Shown one piece after another: positions 14,314 to 26,600 of a DNA stretch of 64,000 nucleotides. This DNA comes from Macrostomum lignano (taxonomy: Eukaryota): positions 557,794 through 621,793 of the forward strand of contig NIVC01000352.1 in NCBI GenBank assembly GCA_002269645.1, in the 5' to 3' direction. The translations under genes were made by a program, and so were the position numbers. Each line of letters opens with the position of its first letter. The first letter of the stretch is position 1. Below the pieces are notes generated by a model. It searched no databases. It was not told where the DNA came from and was given only the letters and a program-made list of their open reading frames with translations.

Positions 14314-17184
14314 CTACCGTTGTTCATTCAAGCAGCTGCAAACTTGAGTTGTAGCTCGAGAGGGTCGGAGGTCCAGGGAGGGAGGCGGCTGTAGAATTGA
14401 AGTGTTGAAGGGCCAGCGAGAGAGGTGGCTGTGGAATTGGGGTGTCTGCGGAATTGGGGGTGTCTGTGGAATTAGGGGTGGCTGTGGAATTGGGGGTGTC
14501 TGTGGAATTGGGGGTGTCTGTGGAATTAGGGGTGGCTGTGGAATTAGGGGTGTCTGTGGAATTGGGGGTGTCTGTGGAATTAGGGGTGGCTGTGGAATTG
14601 GGGGTGTCTGTGGAATTCGGGGTGTCTGCGGAATTGGGGGTGTCTGTGGAATTAGGGGTGGCTGTGGAATTGGGGGTGTCTGTGGAATTGGGGGTGTCTG
14701 TGGAATTAGGGGTGGCTGTGGAATTGGGGGTGTCTGTGGAATTCGGGGTGTCTGCGGAATTGGGGGTGTCTGTGGATTTGGGGGTAGCTGTGGAATTGAG
14801 GGTGGCTGTGGAATTTGGGGTGGCTGTGGAATTGGGAGTGTCTGTGGAATTTGGGGTGTCTGTGGAATTTGGGTGTTGAAAGGCCAGATAGGGATGTAGA
14901 ACTTACGGGACCACCGAGCGACAAAAAGCGGCCCCGAGCCTCAGCCATGATGGCATCATCATCAGGCATCGCGGACTCCTCAACCTTCGCAGTTTTGGGC
15001 ACCACCTGCGACTCCCGACTCGACTGTTCCGAAGGCGGCGACGGAGGCAGAGAAGAATCTGCGGCTGAATCGCTCTGCAACAGGTCATTGAGCGCGCTCT
15101 TCAGCCGCGAGTCGAACTCTCCCTCCTCGTCCTCGGGAGCGTCGGTTTTCTTGACAACCGGCGGAGGCGGCAGCAGCACCGATGGCGGCTGTTGCGATGG
15201 CGAGTAGGAAATTAATTCAGAAGTGAGCTCAAATGCGCTGCCCGTGAGAAGTCAGCATTGGTTTATCTGCAATTATCTGGAACCAGCTCTGCTCACCTTC
15301 TCCTCTCTGGTGGTCTCAGCGCCAGCCGGCTCTGCTGCATCCTTGACCGGTTGGAGGTTCCATTTGCCACCGCCGAACAAGTTGATCTGCGTGCCGCCGC
15401 AGCAGCACCTGGCCGACGCTCGGCCTTTCCCTGGGCTGTCAAAATGCTTTCGCCGCGGCTTCGATGAAGACGGTTCCGAGGGGGGCGACGCCGGCTCTGC
15501 GGCGGCTTTGGCAGGTGAAGATGGCACGGGTTCCACTTTGCGTTGAATCCGCTTGTCCTCTGCCTCTGCCTCTGACTCGCTGCTGCTGGTGCTGCTGCCG
15601 CTGTCGCTCCCTGAAGCGCTGCCACTGAGCAAGTCCGACTGAGCGCTGCGGACTGCCGAGGCTTCATCGTAGCGCCACGGTCGGCAGAGGAATTCCGCCA
15701 CCTAGAATAAGTATTGAATCGTGTAGACATTGAAATTTGAGCATTGCCAAAAAATCAAGGCGACTGTATCGTCTGGCATGTACTCTAGTTGTCCATGACT
15801 CACTCTTTGCCCTGGGGGGGGCTCATAAATTGCAAAAACTTTAAATCAATGTGGCTCAAGTCAAACTTGTCTTAAATACCCTAATTGTACGTTTCCTAAG
15901 CCACAGGTGTACAAGAGGTATGTACATGTAATATGGCACGCTAGACTCAAAAAATTCTGCAATCTACATAGGAGGCTGATTCTAACAGCAAAGTACATGA
16001 GCTAGATAGGAATCATTTTGTCATAATACGCTCGCATATTATCACCTTCTAAACTTTGAAATTCAAAATAATAAAAAATGTTGTAGTTCCGGACTAATGC
16101 ACATATTCTGTGCTACTTTTTTTCAGAAACTGTCTGAGCAACCACATAACTTGCTGGGTTTGAAATTAGAAGTCCAGAAGGTGAGATATTGTCAATTTGA
16201 TGCTACAGTATCGAATAATTCTTATCTCTATTGTCTATTTTGCTGTGAAAAACCAGCCTCTACTGAAGATGGCACTATCAGCTTGTGTTGGGGATGACTC
16301 AGAGTCACTGAACGATTATCAAGGACGCTCACCTCAGTCGCGCTGCAGTTCAATCCACAGCAGTGGCGCCTTCTGAGACAGCCGCCAACAACGGCCAGCG
16401 CTCTTACAGTCCGGTTGCCGGCGTTCAGACAGAACGGACCCTCGTAGAGGAAGGTCACCTCGCGGCCTCTTTTATTTTTACCGTCTGGCTCCCAGCGGTG
16501 CACCGGGTTCGGCTCGGTGCCGTCGGTGGTGAAGTAGATTTGAATAGCTTGACAGCCGCCTCGATGGCAGCGGCAGCGGCATCCGCGATAAGTTTCGTGC
16601 TGAGCCGAGCGGCAATCTGCATGTTGGTAATTAAAGGTAGATTAGTGCAACGGTGTGTTCGGTAACCAGTTCGAGTGGTGCTGGGGCAGTTAAAGATCTA
16701 TCAAAGTCTATTTTGTCCCAGGCGTCGGCCAAGACCACCCAGCTGTACAATGCCAAGTATTTTTTGCTGACAAGACAGCAGGTTGACGCAGCAAGTCATC
16801 AATGCAGCGTCCATTCAAGCAACCTGCAGCGTCGTCGGCCACTCTCTGAGCTGTACTACCTACAGCTGGTGCTGTGGGTGTTGCTCCTGACGCTCAGACA
16901 CCTTTGCGTTGCGTCGTGATCTGCTGGCTCTGTTGCTGGCTTGGCCTATAGTTTTAAGTCCTACAGACTGCGTCCTGTCGCTGCATTCTAAAATGCATTA
17001 AAGAGATGCGTTTTTTTCACTTACCGTCCATGCCGATAATCTCAATCCGCGTGGCCGTGTCCACCTGCCAGACGCGTCGACGCCTGTCAAAGCGGCATCG
17101 GCCGTCGGGCATCGGGCGGATCAGTGGCGGCTCCGGAGCCGCTGCCGCGGCGCTATGGAACGGTGCAACTACTGCTCGGCAGTG
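14314..17184 (-). CDS. Protein with a DZANK1-N-terminus-like Fn3-associated (CHB_HEX_C-like) domain and a low-complexity C-terminus, 5 exons, about 377 aa from ATG 17112
   Basis: Phase-consistent exons: 17184 (ATG 17112)-17025, 16616-16333, 15701-15297, 15188-14907, 14388-14314. PEPPLIRP...VDTATRIEI...IYFTTDGTEP...TFLYEGPFCLNAGNRTVRALAV resembles the DZANK1 N-terminal domain from memory. The start codon and the last exon are uncertain. Confidence 0.7.
14425..14878. repeat. 18 bp minisatellite (TGTGGAATTGGGGGTGTC) filling an intron
   Basis: Tandem array between the donor at 14906 and the acceptor at 14389. Confidence 0.95.
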
Positions 17185-17841
17185 CTGAATAGAATTGTTG
17201 CAATTCTGTCAGGTTCTGATAGAACTACAAATATGCCTAGCAAATGTTCTATAGCAATGCATAGTGACTGGCTAACAATAGCCTATCAGTGTAGGGTTTT
17301 CAAAGTACAAAGGCTAATTATATATAGACTAAGCTTGTCTATTCTAAGACTATTGATGAGTGCGTAAATAAAAAAATCAAACAAAGTGCAGCTGGTTGAA
17401 ATTCAAAATTTTTTATAGAAATTTCTCATCTAAACATCAGGAAAAATATGCAACAAGAATAATGGAAGCGCGTGAAACGGACTGCAAGAGTATCAATAAA
17501 ATTGTTTCTTACAAATTGGAAGCTTTCTGTAGGCTGCATTACCCGAAAAATCCATATATAGCGTTTGTAGAATAGTAGGAATGTAATAGAAATTATTTTT
17601 AACATTAAGAAACCAAGATTGGAAGTTTAAAATACGGTGCATTACCAAAATTTGTGATATACAAGAATAAAGGTTATCATTCAGAAACTGGCTTTCGATA
17701 TTAAAATTTCCGAGTTAATATAACACTTGAGCACAATCATACAGCAAGAAGACGGTGCTTGGCTCAATACAAACGATTCGATAAAAATAGTTTCACAAAA
17801 TGAGTCAATAGATATTAAGAATCAGGCCGCAGAGCTCCAGT

Positions 17842-19484
17842 CTAGTAATCTGACTCCTCATCGACCTCTATGGCGCCTCTGGCGACTCTATCCGTGATGG
17901 CCGTCAGGTCAAGGACGAACTGCTGCACCCTGGCCAGCTGTTCCGAGGTCACCTGCAGCACTTCGTCATCCAGGTCGATGTCGTCGCCCTGGTCCCGGTA
18001 GCGCGACACCAGTTGGCACAGGTTGTGGGTTGCTACGCGAATCATGCCGAGCTGAAGGGTCCGATCAGCTACCGAGTTTTTCACCTGCGTCCATTCCGCC
18101 TCGCACTGCAAAGCCCGGCTGGCGGACTCGTCTAGCCGTTCGCGCAGCCCGCTGAGTACATTGTTCTGCGACAGGACCTCGTTGGCTTTGGACTCTTTGT
18201 AGCGCGACTGCTCTGATTTGTGGCCCTCGACTGTTTCCTGGTTGCGGTCCTCGCGGCGTTTCAGGTCCTGGTGGAGGGAAAACAGAACCAAGGCAGCTCT
18301 GAAAACTTGCTTCCCTGGTTATGATAGAAACTGATGAGCATCATTTGACCGTAGCACCTATGCATAATAACTATTTGCATGAGGAGCTGTTGAACCCTGC
18401 CGAAACACCTTCCCACAGTTCTGCCCATTCTGCAGACACCTGAGCACACACAGGCGCGCCAATACTGTACACAGGCACGAACTCGTACACACATGCTCAC
18501 ACAGGGTGTACAGCGGCCCTGATTTTGTGATCATCAGGCATGTGCACTCTCTGTGCCTTGGGGGTTGGCCCTCATGGCTGTGAATCGCACGACAAACCCT
18601 TATGACCAATTTTTGTGCACACGAGCCCCAATCGAATGCGTTTGCACACGGAATCGAACCAGGGGTCGTAGCGCTAAACTGCTGAAAGCGTAAGACTTTT
18701 TTACCCACCTTTTTAGTTGAGCTCAACGTCTCATAGCGATCCATGACCTCGCGAACCTCAGTAAATTCGTTTGACTCTTCGATAACTTTCTCGAGAAATT
18801 TCTGATAGCGCTCGTAGCGATCTGATAGGGCTTTAAGCCGTTCGCGCAGCTGGGAGTAAACCCGCATCTCTCCTTGGATTTCCACAATCTCCTGCTCCTT
18901 CTGACGCCTGTACGCTCGCTCGTCGCCGGCCTTCTTAACCGCGCGAACTCGTTTGGCGTCCGTTTCTTTCAGAAATCGGTCGAACTTCAGCAGACTCTCC
19001 TTCAGCTGGTGCTCCTTCTTCTCTAGCTCTTCACGACGCTGCTGAAGCGATTCCATCTTCATTTGGAACTCTTCTTTTTGAGCCTGGTGAAGCATTTGAT
19101 TAGATCATTTTTATAACTATAGTTCTGTCGACTGTCTAGTGTCTAGACATTGACGTTCACTGGGGGTTTAAACGTGGTTGAAATAATAAATATCAGCGTT
19201 TGAAAGAAGAGCGAACTCACGCTGAGTGCCGTCTCAACCTCCATCATTTCGCGTTTCTTTTCCAGCAGCCTCGTTGCCGATGTAAGATGATCGTCCTCTC
19301 TCTCTGGCATTTTTCTATGAAATATTTCCAAATAAAGGTTTTAAAATGTATCAAAACAAAAAAATATTTTTTGTTTTCTAAATTTGGCTTCAGCAGCTAG
19401 GCTACAGAACAAATAGCGATGCACTTACACTAGCAGCTTATCCTCAAATGTTGTTCGAAAATATTCCTCCATGCTAACGTCCAT
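17842..19484 (-). CDS. CFAP73: Cilia/flagella coiled-coil protein CFAP73/CCDC42 family (DUF4200), 4 exons, 316 aa
   Basis: Phase-consistent exons: 19484-19429, 19314-19221, 19083-18709, 18267-17842 (951 nt). MEEYFRTTFEDKLLVKMPEREDDHLTSATRLLEKKREM...AQKEEF...LKESLLKFDRFLKETDAKRVRA matches CFAP73/CCDC42 N-termini. CFAP73 versus CCDC42 orthology is not resolved. Confidence 0.9.
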
Positions 19485-20632
19485 AACACCGCTGTCTGAA
19501 ACTTTCGTTACTAGTCAAATTGTATTTCAATTCGTAAAAGAAAGATTTTAAACAGCTAAACAGAAACAATTGCAGTCTATATTTCTATGAAAATTTACTT
19601 ATAAATTATGCATTATTGGTCATCATAAAATTTTGCTACAAAGTCTACTCTAAACAATTAGTATGTCGACTTTCTCATATGATAATAGCTAAATCTTGCT
19701 TGTCTGTTTACATAATTCAAGAAGAAGCAACTTAAGCTAAAATGAAAGAATACTAGATTTAGGCAATCCTTGACCTTTTTATCAAAAACATATTTACTGT
19801 TTCAGACCCACAGAAAAAAATTAAACTTTAATATTAAACTTTTAAAAAGGAAAAAATACAGAAAAACTGAATATTTCTCTCAGTCTTCCATTATTTTAAC
19901 AAAAAGTTCTAAAAAACAATAACGTTACACTAGTACACTACACAGCACAAAGCTTATAAATTAATAATATAGGGATAAATACTTATTTTTTGTTCTTTCC
20001 TTCATTCTTCAACCGTTCTTCAAGCGAGCTACTCCCCCAGAAATATAGTTGATTAACTTGATTTCATGATTTACGATTTTCATATTCCCTACTCAAAAAA
20101 TCAATCAGCTCAAACATCAAACCATCCGGAAATAAATCTATTTGCCACTCTAACAAAAAATCGGCTGTTAACTTTTAACTTCGACTAGTCAGTTTAGTAT
20201 CAGCTGTCAGTCAAATTATATTCAGTTAGGTTGGCACTCGACAGGCTGTGAATGAACTAAAAGCTAAATAAGTGGCTTGTAAAACAAATCAAATAAGAAT
20301 AATTTACATGAGAGAATTTAGTACTTTACTTTTGTTGCACATCTGTAAAATTTTCTTATGAAAATTGATTTTTTAAACAAAGTTTGTATAATAAAACATA
20401 GTTTTATGTTTATTACACACAATCTCTATTCTCTTTTTGTTTTAAACAATTAATCTAAGAACAACATTTTAAACTAAAGCATATTTCATGGAAGTGTTCA
20501 TATGACATCTGATTTATCGAAGAAGAATCCTACCCTTGATTCCAGGAAACTGGAATTTGCAATTGCACTTGCAGTTTATTAGTTTGTGCAATAATATTTA
20601 TAACCTGTCGCAAATAGTGTTTAATTTCAGCC

Positions 20633-23600
20633 ATGAATTTTCTACGCAGGGCTAGCTTTTGTTCATGGAAGTTATTTAACAGGTAAATTTTCGATTTTGT
20701 GTATCATGACATATGTTCCATTTTTTGTTGAAAATTGTTGAAATTTTGTCCAAATATTTTCATCTTTTGGTATGGTTTTTTACTTTAAAGTCTATAGCAA
20801 CAAGCAACAACGAATACAGGTTATTAACTATATATTGTAATAATTTTTATTAAATTTTGTGTCTATCATTAAGCACAAACTAAGAATAGAGGCATTGAGA
20901 AAACCTTAACATCTTGTCTATATTTTGTTTATTAATTTACATTTTTCTATTCAACTTCTTTTATTTTATAACAATTGTAGTCAAATTCAAGTTATCTTTC
21001 AAATTTTTCTGTTAATATTATAATTACTAAAAATAAAATAGAATCGTTGCCATTAATTTTTGGTGATATCATTAGAGTTAGACCTTTGCTTATGTTATGG
21101 TTAATTTGATAAAAGGATTTTCTAGTTTTGAACCTAATTTTATAAGTGTATTTTTAAGTTCCAAATGTGCAATTAGAAACTATGAAAATTATTAAATATA
21201 CTAATTGTTCTCCAAATTCTCCAAAAAACAATTCTATTTTTTTAGATTATTTATTAAATAACAAAGATTAATCTTTTTTATCTAGTTTTATTATTAATAA
21301 ATATATTTTTTAATTTATTACCTAATGAAGTATTTTATTTCATTTATTGTCCTTTATGTATTATAATTTTATATTATCTATCTAAAAATTATTTGCATTG
21401 TATAAATAAATAGAAATTAGATGGCGCATGACCAAGACCGCCACACACCAAGACCGCCACAGCTCTTACTGGCTACTGGAATTGAGGGGGAGCTACCAAT
21501 CTTCCAGCATTGCTATTGGTTGTGATGGGTTGTGGAGTTAGATGAGGAAGAAGCGTCCCAAGATTGGTCAGGAATAAGATGAATAATTAAGTGGCCCAAA
21601 ACGATTGCAAGTCAACAAGGGCAATTTTAAAAATATCTTTAACAAAAGCACAATTTGTTACTTTTAGCAGTGGATGAGCATGAATAATGCTTTTGAGAGC
21701 AAAAGCTTGAGTAATTAATTTTAACTTCACTTTCAAAAAGCCTCTCAAAAGTTCAATTGCAAGTTGCTGTAATTTGAAAAGTTTTTTTACGAGCTCGCAC
21801 AATTATTTGAGTGTATATTCGGCGTCTGGGTGCGTCTAGTGCATTATTACAGACAAACAAATCTAGCGGCTTGATATTGTGCTATGGTACGTGGATTTAG
21901 AGGTGCCATTCATTTTGACGAAGGTTTACATGTACTTTGACGAAAGCAAGTTAACCACTATCGTTCACTCACATAACAGAAAAAGCGCATCTTAGGCCCA
22001 ATGCCTATGAGAATGTCTGTGTAAATGTACGAGCATTATTGTGTGTATTTTATTGTGTACTCAAAGCCGAGAATTTTGGTGAAAGCAAAGGGAGGGGATG
22101 AGAGTAAATGTACATGCACATGTAATTTGAGAGAATATATGGATCCGGGGGTTAGGAGATCTCTCACTCTCTCACTCACTCTCTCGCTCTCTCTCTCACT
22201 CTCTCTTTAACTCACTCTCTCACTCACTCACTCACTCACTCTCTCTCTCTTTCTCTCTCTCTCACTCACTCACTCTCTCACCCTCACTCCTATATTCTCG
22301 CTTTCTCTCTCACTCACTCTCTCTCACTCACTCACTTACTCACTCACTCACTCACTCACTCACTCTCTCACTCACTCACTCACTCTCTCACTCACTCACT
22401 CACTCACTCACTCTCTCACCCTCACTCCTATATTCTCGCTTTCTCTCTCTCTCACTCTCTCTCACTCACTCACTCACTCACTCACTCACTCACTCACTCA
22501 CTCACTCACTCACTCACTCACTCACTCACTCACTCTCTCACCCTCACTCCTATATTCTCGCTTTCTCTCTCTCTCACTCACTCACTCACTCTCTCACTCA
22601 CTCACTCTCTCACCCTCACTCCTATATTCTCGCTTTCTCTCTCACTCACTCTCTCTCACTCACTCACTCACTCACTCACTCACTCACTCACTCTCTCACC
22701 CTCACTCCTATATTCTCGCTTTCTCTCTCACTCACTCATTCTCGCGCTTTTAATTCATTTCTGAATTTCAGGCACTATAATACACAAATTACAGCATTTT
22801 TCACACATTTGATCTTTTGCCTCCGATTTTTAAATGCAAATATAGTTTACTCTCGCGCACTGCGGCAACTTTGCACAGGTACAGTGTGAGCTACATGTAC
22901 ATGCATTTTTTCAAAGGGTACTGATCGATAAATACTGATTCTGACATTCTGACATCTCTCCAAAATATACATGTACCAAACTTCTTGATACATGTAATGT
23001 AATACATGTAATACATGTGAGATGCACGTATGTGCATATAAGTGCAAGATACATGTACATGTACACGTTATCCATTCTATCTGTGACGTTTTTTCTAGCC
23101 GATCAGGAATTATCAATAGCAGTCAAATTTTTTGAAATTTCCGCAGCTGAAATCACATTCAGCGTTTTGCAAAAGGAAATATTTGCGAAATCAAAGCCGT
23201 TTTTACGAGTAAAGCACAAACTGCATGTAGCCTTGCCGCTCGCAAATAAGTAATGTGGTGTGATGTGATATATTAGAAAGATGTGATATTAGCGAAGAAC
23301 ATATTTTTCTAAATCTTGCCAATCAACTTTGGGAAGGGCACCGGCATAAACTCGTATAAGCTGCTCGCTCCGTTTATATTTCGGGAGTCCATGCGGTGGA
23401 GATGCTGGAATTTGGTGAAAAAACCTGCAACCTTGAAGATATCAGTGGATAGGGCAGATGGAAGGGAGATTTGCGAACAAATTGTGAGAAAACAATGGTT
23501 GCATACTTTTGCAAAATGCTTGCATTTATCTGTTAGTACAGTAGTACATGTAGCTACTATGCGGACATGCGTTCGAAATATGCAAAATACCATAAGATCG

Positions 23601-26600
23601 GACCAAAGGCATAATCATTTTTTTATTTTACATAGTCCCATCTGGGATGCAACTTTTAGTCCCATCAAAGTTTGTATGTTATTCTGAGGTCACGACCTCA
23701 TGCTCATGCTGCACTTGGCAGATCCGGGGGCCTTGTTTGGTTGCACTTCTACACATGGGAACACCAACTACAATATAGATGCCGCGCCCACATACGTTGC
23801 TCGGAAATTCAATTGCATCACACTAATATTTATTACCTGCAGCTATTTTGGAATATTTGATAGCTATATCACTAACGCCGGCCCCTCATAAAAAATGCGT
23901 TACTATCCAAATCTTTTTTGTGCCCTCCTCTTGAATTCAGTACGTTAATTGGAACTCACAGTTATATATACAAACAGTTTTTTAAGCTCGACTCGAGTCC
24001 ATGCAGTTCAGGGGTTGCATCCAGAGGGGGAGGGGTCGAGGGAGGAAAATTCCGGGGTCTGCCAGTGCCATCTCTCTCCGTAACAACCCCCCCCCCTAAA
24101 TTTTTTGAGTACGCCCCTCGTTCCGTTCAAGATTTATGGCTTGGTATTAAAAATGCACGGCCGTTGCATGTAGCTATAGCTATAGCGATGAAGTCAGAAC
24201 CTATAAGAGATAAAAGTCAAGTACAGCTGTTTTTTGTTACTATTCGATCTATTCGTGGTAACTGGGTGGAGTATTTGCTTTTTATCTTGATTTAATAACA
24301 ACCCTGAGACAGTTGGCTGACCAAGCCAGCTGTCAATGCATTCATTCTAAAAAAGTGATAAATTTTTGTTACCTTGCCCGACAATATGCTATTGCTGGAG
24401 TAGCTAATTTATGCAGATAGTGTTATGCAAAGCTGGAAAAGAAGTCGCTTTGATTTAAACTATCAGAACTTCGATGCAGGAGAGACAAAGATGTAGTAGA
24501 GAGGGGTCACAGACAGAGATGGGGTCGTGTATTGAAATTAATTTGAACTTTTTGCGCAGGCTATTCTGTGTGCAGTTTGAACAGTGATTGTGCAATCTAG
24601 TTCTACCTCATTAGTACATGCAGATATAGTAATTTTAGCATACTACTAGAGCGTTATGGACAAGCAAACATACAAACCTTAGAGATTTAGTATATTTGGA
24701 TTAGAGATTAAATATAAATAAGTGCCACATTGAGTTAGGGCTCGAGATGACCTATGGAGCTGGCAGCACATTTCGCTTTAAGCACGGTGTAAAAGTTGAA
24801 GATCTTGTTATTAGCGCTCACAAGCCAAATGTGCCCCCGCCTCCACAATCCAGCAGGGGGTGCAGAGAAATAAAACTGAAGGTGCAGTAAATAAGATGCA
24901 TGCAAATTTAGCAAATGTGCAAATTTTTTCTTTTTTACCTGTGCGCCGCATATGGACTGAAATAAAAGTGCAGAATATAATGGCGTGCGAAAAAAGATGG
25001 CATTTACCTGTGCGCCGCATATGGACTGAAATAAAAGTGCAGAATATAATGGCGTGCGAAAAAAGATGGCATTTACCTGTGCGCCGCATATGGACTGAAA
25101 TAAAAGTGCAGAATATAATGGCGTGCGAAAAAAGATGGCATTTACCTGTGCGCCGCATATGGACTGAAATAAAAGTGCAGAATATAATGGCGTGCGAAAA
25201 AAGATGGCATTTACCTGTGCGCCGCATATGGACTGAAATAAAAGTGCAGAATATAATGGCGTGCGAAAAAAGATGGCATTTACCTGTGCGCCGCATATGG
25301 ACTGAAATAAAAGTGCAGAATATAATGGCGTGCGAAAAAAGATGGCATTAGTTAGACGGTAATAATTAATGGCTTTACCTGTGCACTATTTGCTAAGCAA
25401 GCAATGAAATGAGATTTATAACTCGATTTAAGTAAAATGGTTAATTATTAGAAGTTGCCACTTGAATCAGGCAAAACGGAGAGATCGCGATCAATTCTGC
25501 TGCGCATCATCCTCGCCCTCTTGTTGCCATCCAGGTTGCGCATGAATATGGCTGCAGGCCCGGAGAAATGCGGCAATCGACATAGTGCCCTCTCTCAGGT
25601 GTCGGCAGAATGTCTCAAAGCTGACATTCACTCGCGCGTACCTAGCATGCACTTGCTGGTGGTGCGTGACAGCTTGGCCTTGATGAACTTGCTGCAGCAG
25701 ACGTTGCACCCGCTCTGCATCACGCTGAAGCAGGGTCAGCAGAAGATAGAAATTGAGCGCTTTCTCTCCACGCTTGTTGAGCTGCGCGTGCCAAGCCTCC
25801 ACGGCATTGTTCGTCCTTGTAAACCGCTCAAAGACCGCTGAAAGAGACTGAGTGAAGAGAGGATGAGAGTGGAGAGAGGGTGAGAGTTGAAAGAGACTGA
25901 GAGTAGAGGGTGAGAGTAAAGAGAGGCTGAAAGTGGAGAGAGGCTGAAAGTAAAGAGAGACTGAAAGTGGAGAGAGGCTGAGAGTGGAGAGAGGGTGAGA
26001 GTGGAGGGAGGGTGAGAGAGGAGACAGTGTGAGATAATTAAAGAGAGACCTCGAGAGATTATTTCCTAATCCAATTTAGCTGTACAGAGCATGGATATAC
26101 ATGTACCTGTATCTATCACACAATGCGCATACTGTATACCAGGTCGATCATTGCCAATTGATTGCATGGTAAATTAAAAGCAAGTAGTGTAGCGACATAC
26201 TGTCCGGCTGTTGTATGGTCAGAACGGCGTACAAGCACGAGTATACTACTGGTACCCAATGTGATGTACAAATGTACATTTATAGCTATTATACGTTCAA
26301 ATAGTTTTAGAACGTATTTTTTAATGAACAGGGAGAACATCCGAAATCAAAGTAAACGATTACATGTACATGTGATGTACATGCATTTTCATGTCATACA
26401 TTTTGATTGTATTAAGAGCGATCACAGTAACTTTTGAGTGAGTGATCATGTGTGCGAGTGAGTGAGCGAGTGAGCTAAATGAGAGGGTGAGAGAGTGAGT
26501 GAGTTATATAGTGATTGAGTGATTCAAAAGTGAGTATAGTATATGAAAGCTGCTTTATTACCAGGCCTCGGTACAACTCGATCGAGGCCCAGATAGTACA

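Noticed and set aside
16653-16919. 88 aa plus-strand ORF inside an intron of the Fn3-domain gene
   Set aside because: It has no recognisable motif and is antisense to the host gene; possibly decayed element sequence.
21587-21802. 71 aa ORF near the left MULE end
   Set aside because: No recognisable transposase or other domain.
24943-25349. 69 bp repeat as a CRISPR array or repeat protein
   Set aside because: It has no spacers, and the ORFs on both strands are simple consequences of the unit length.
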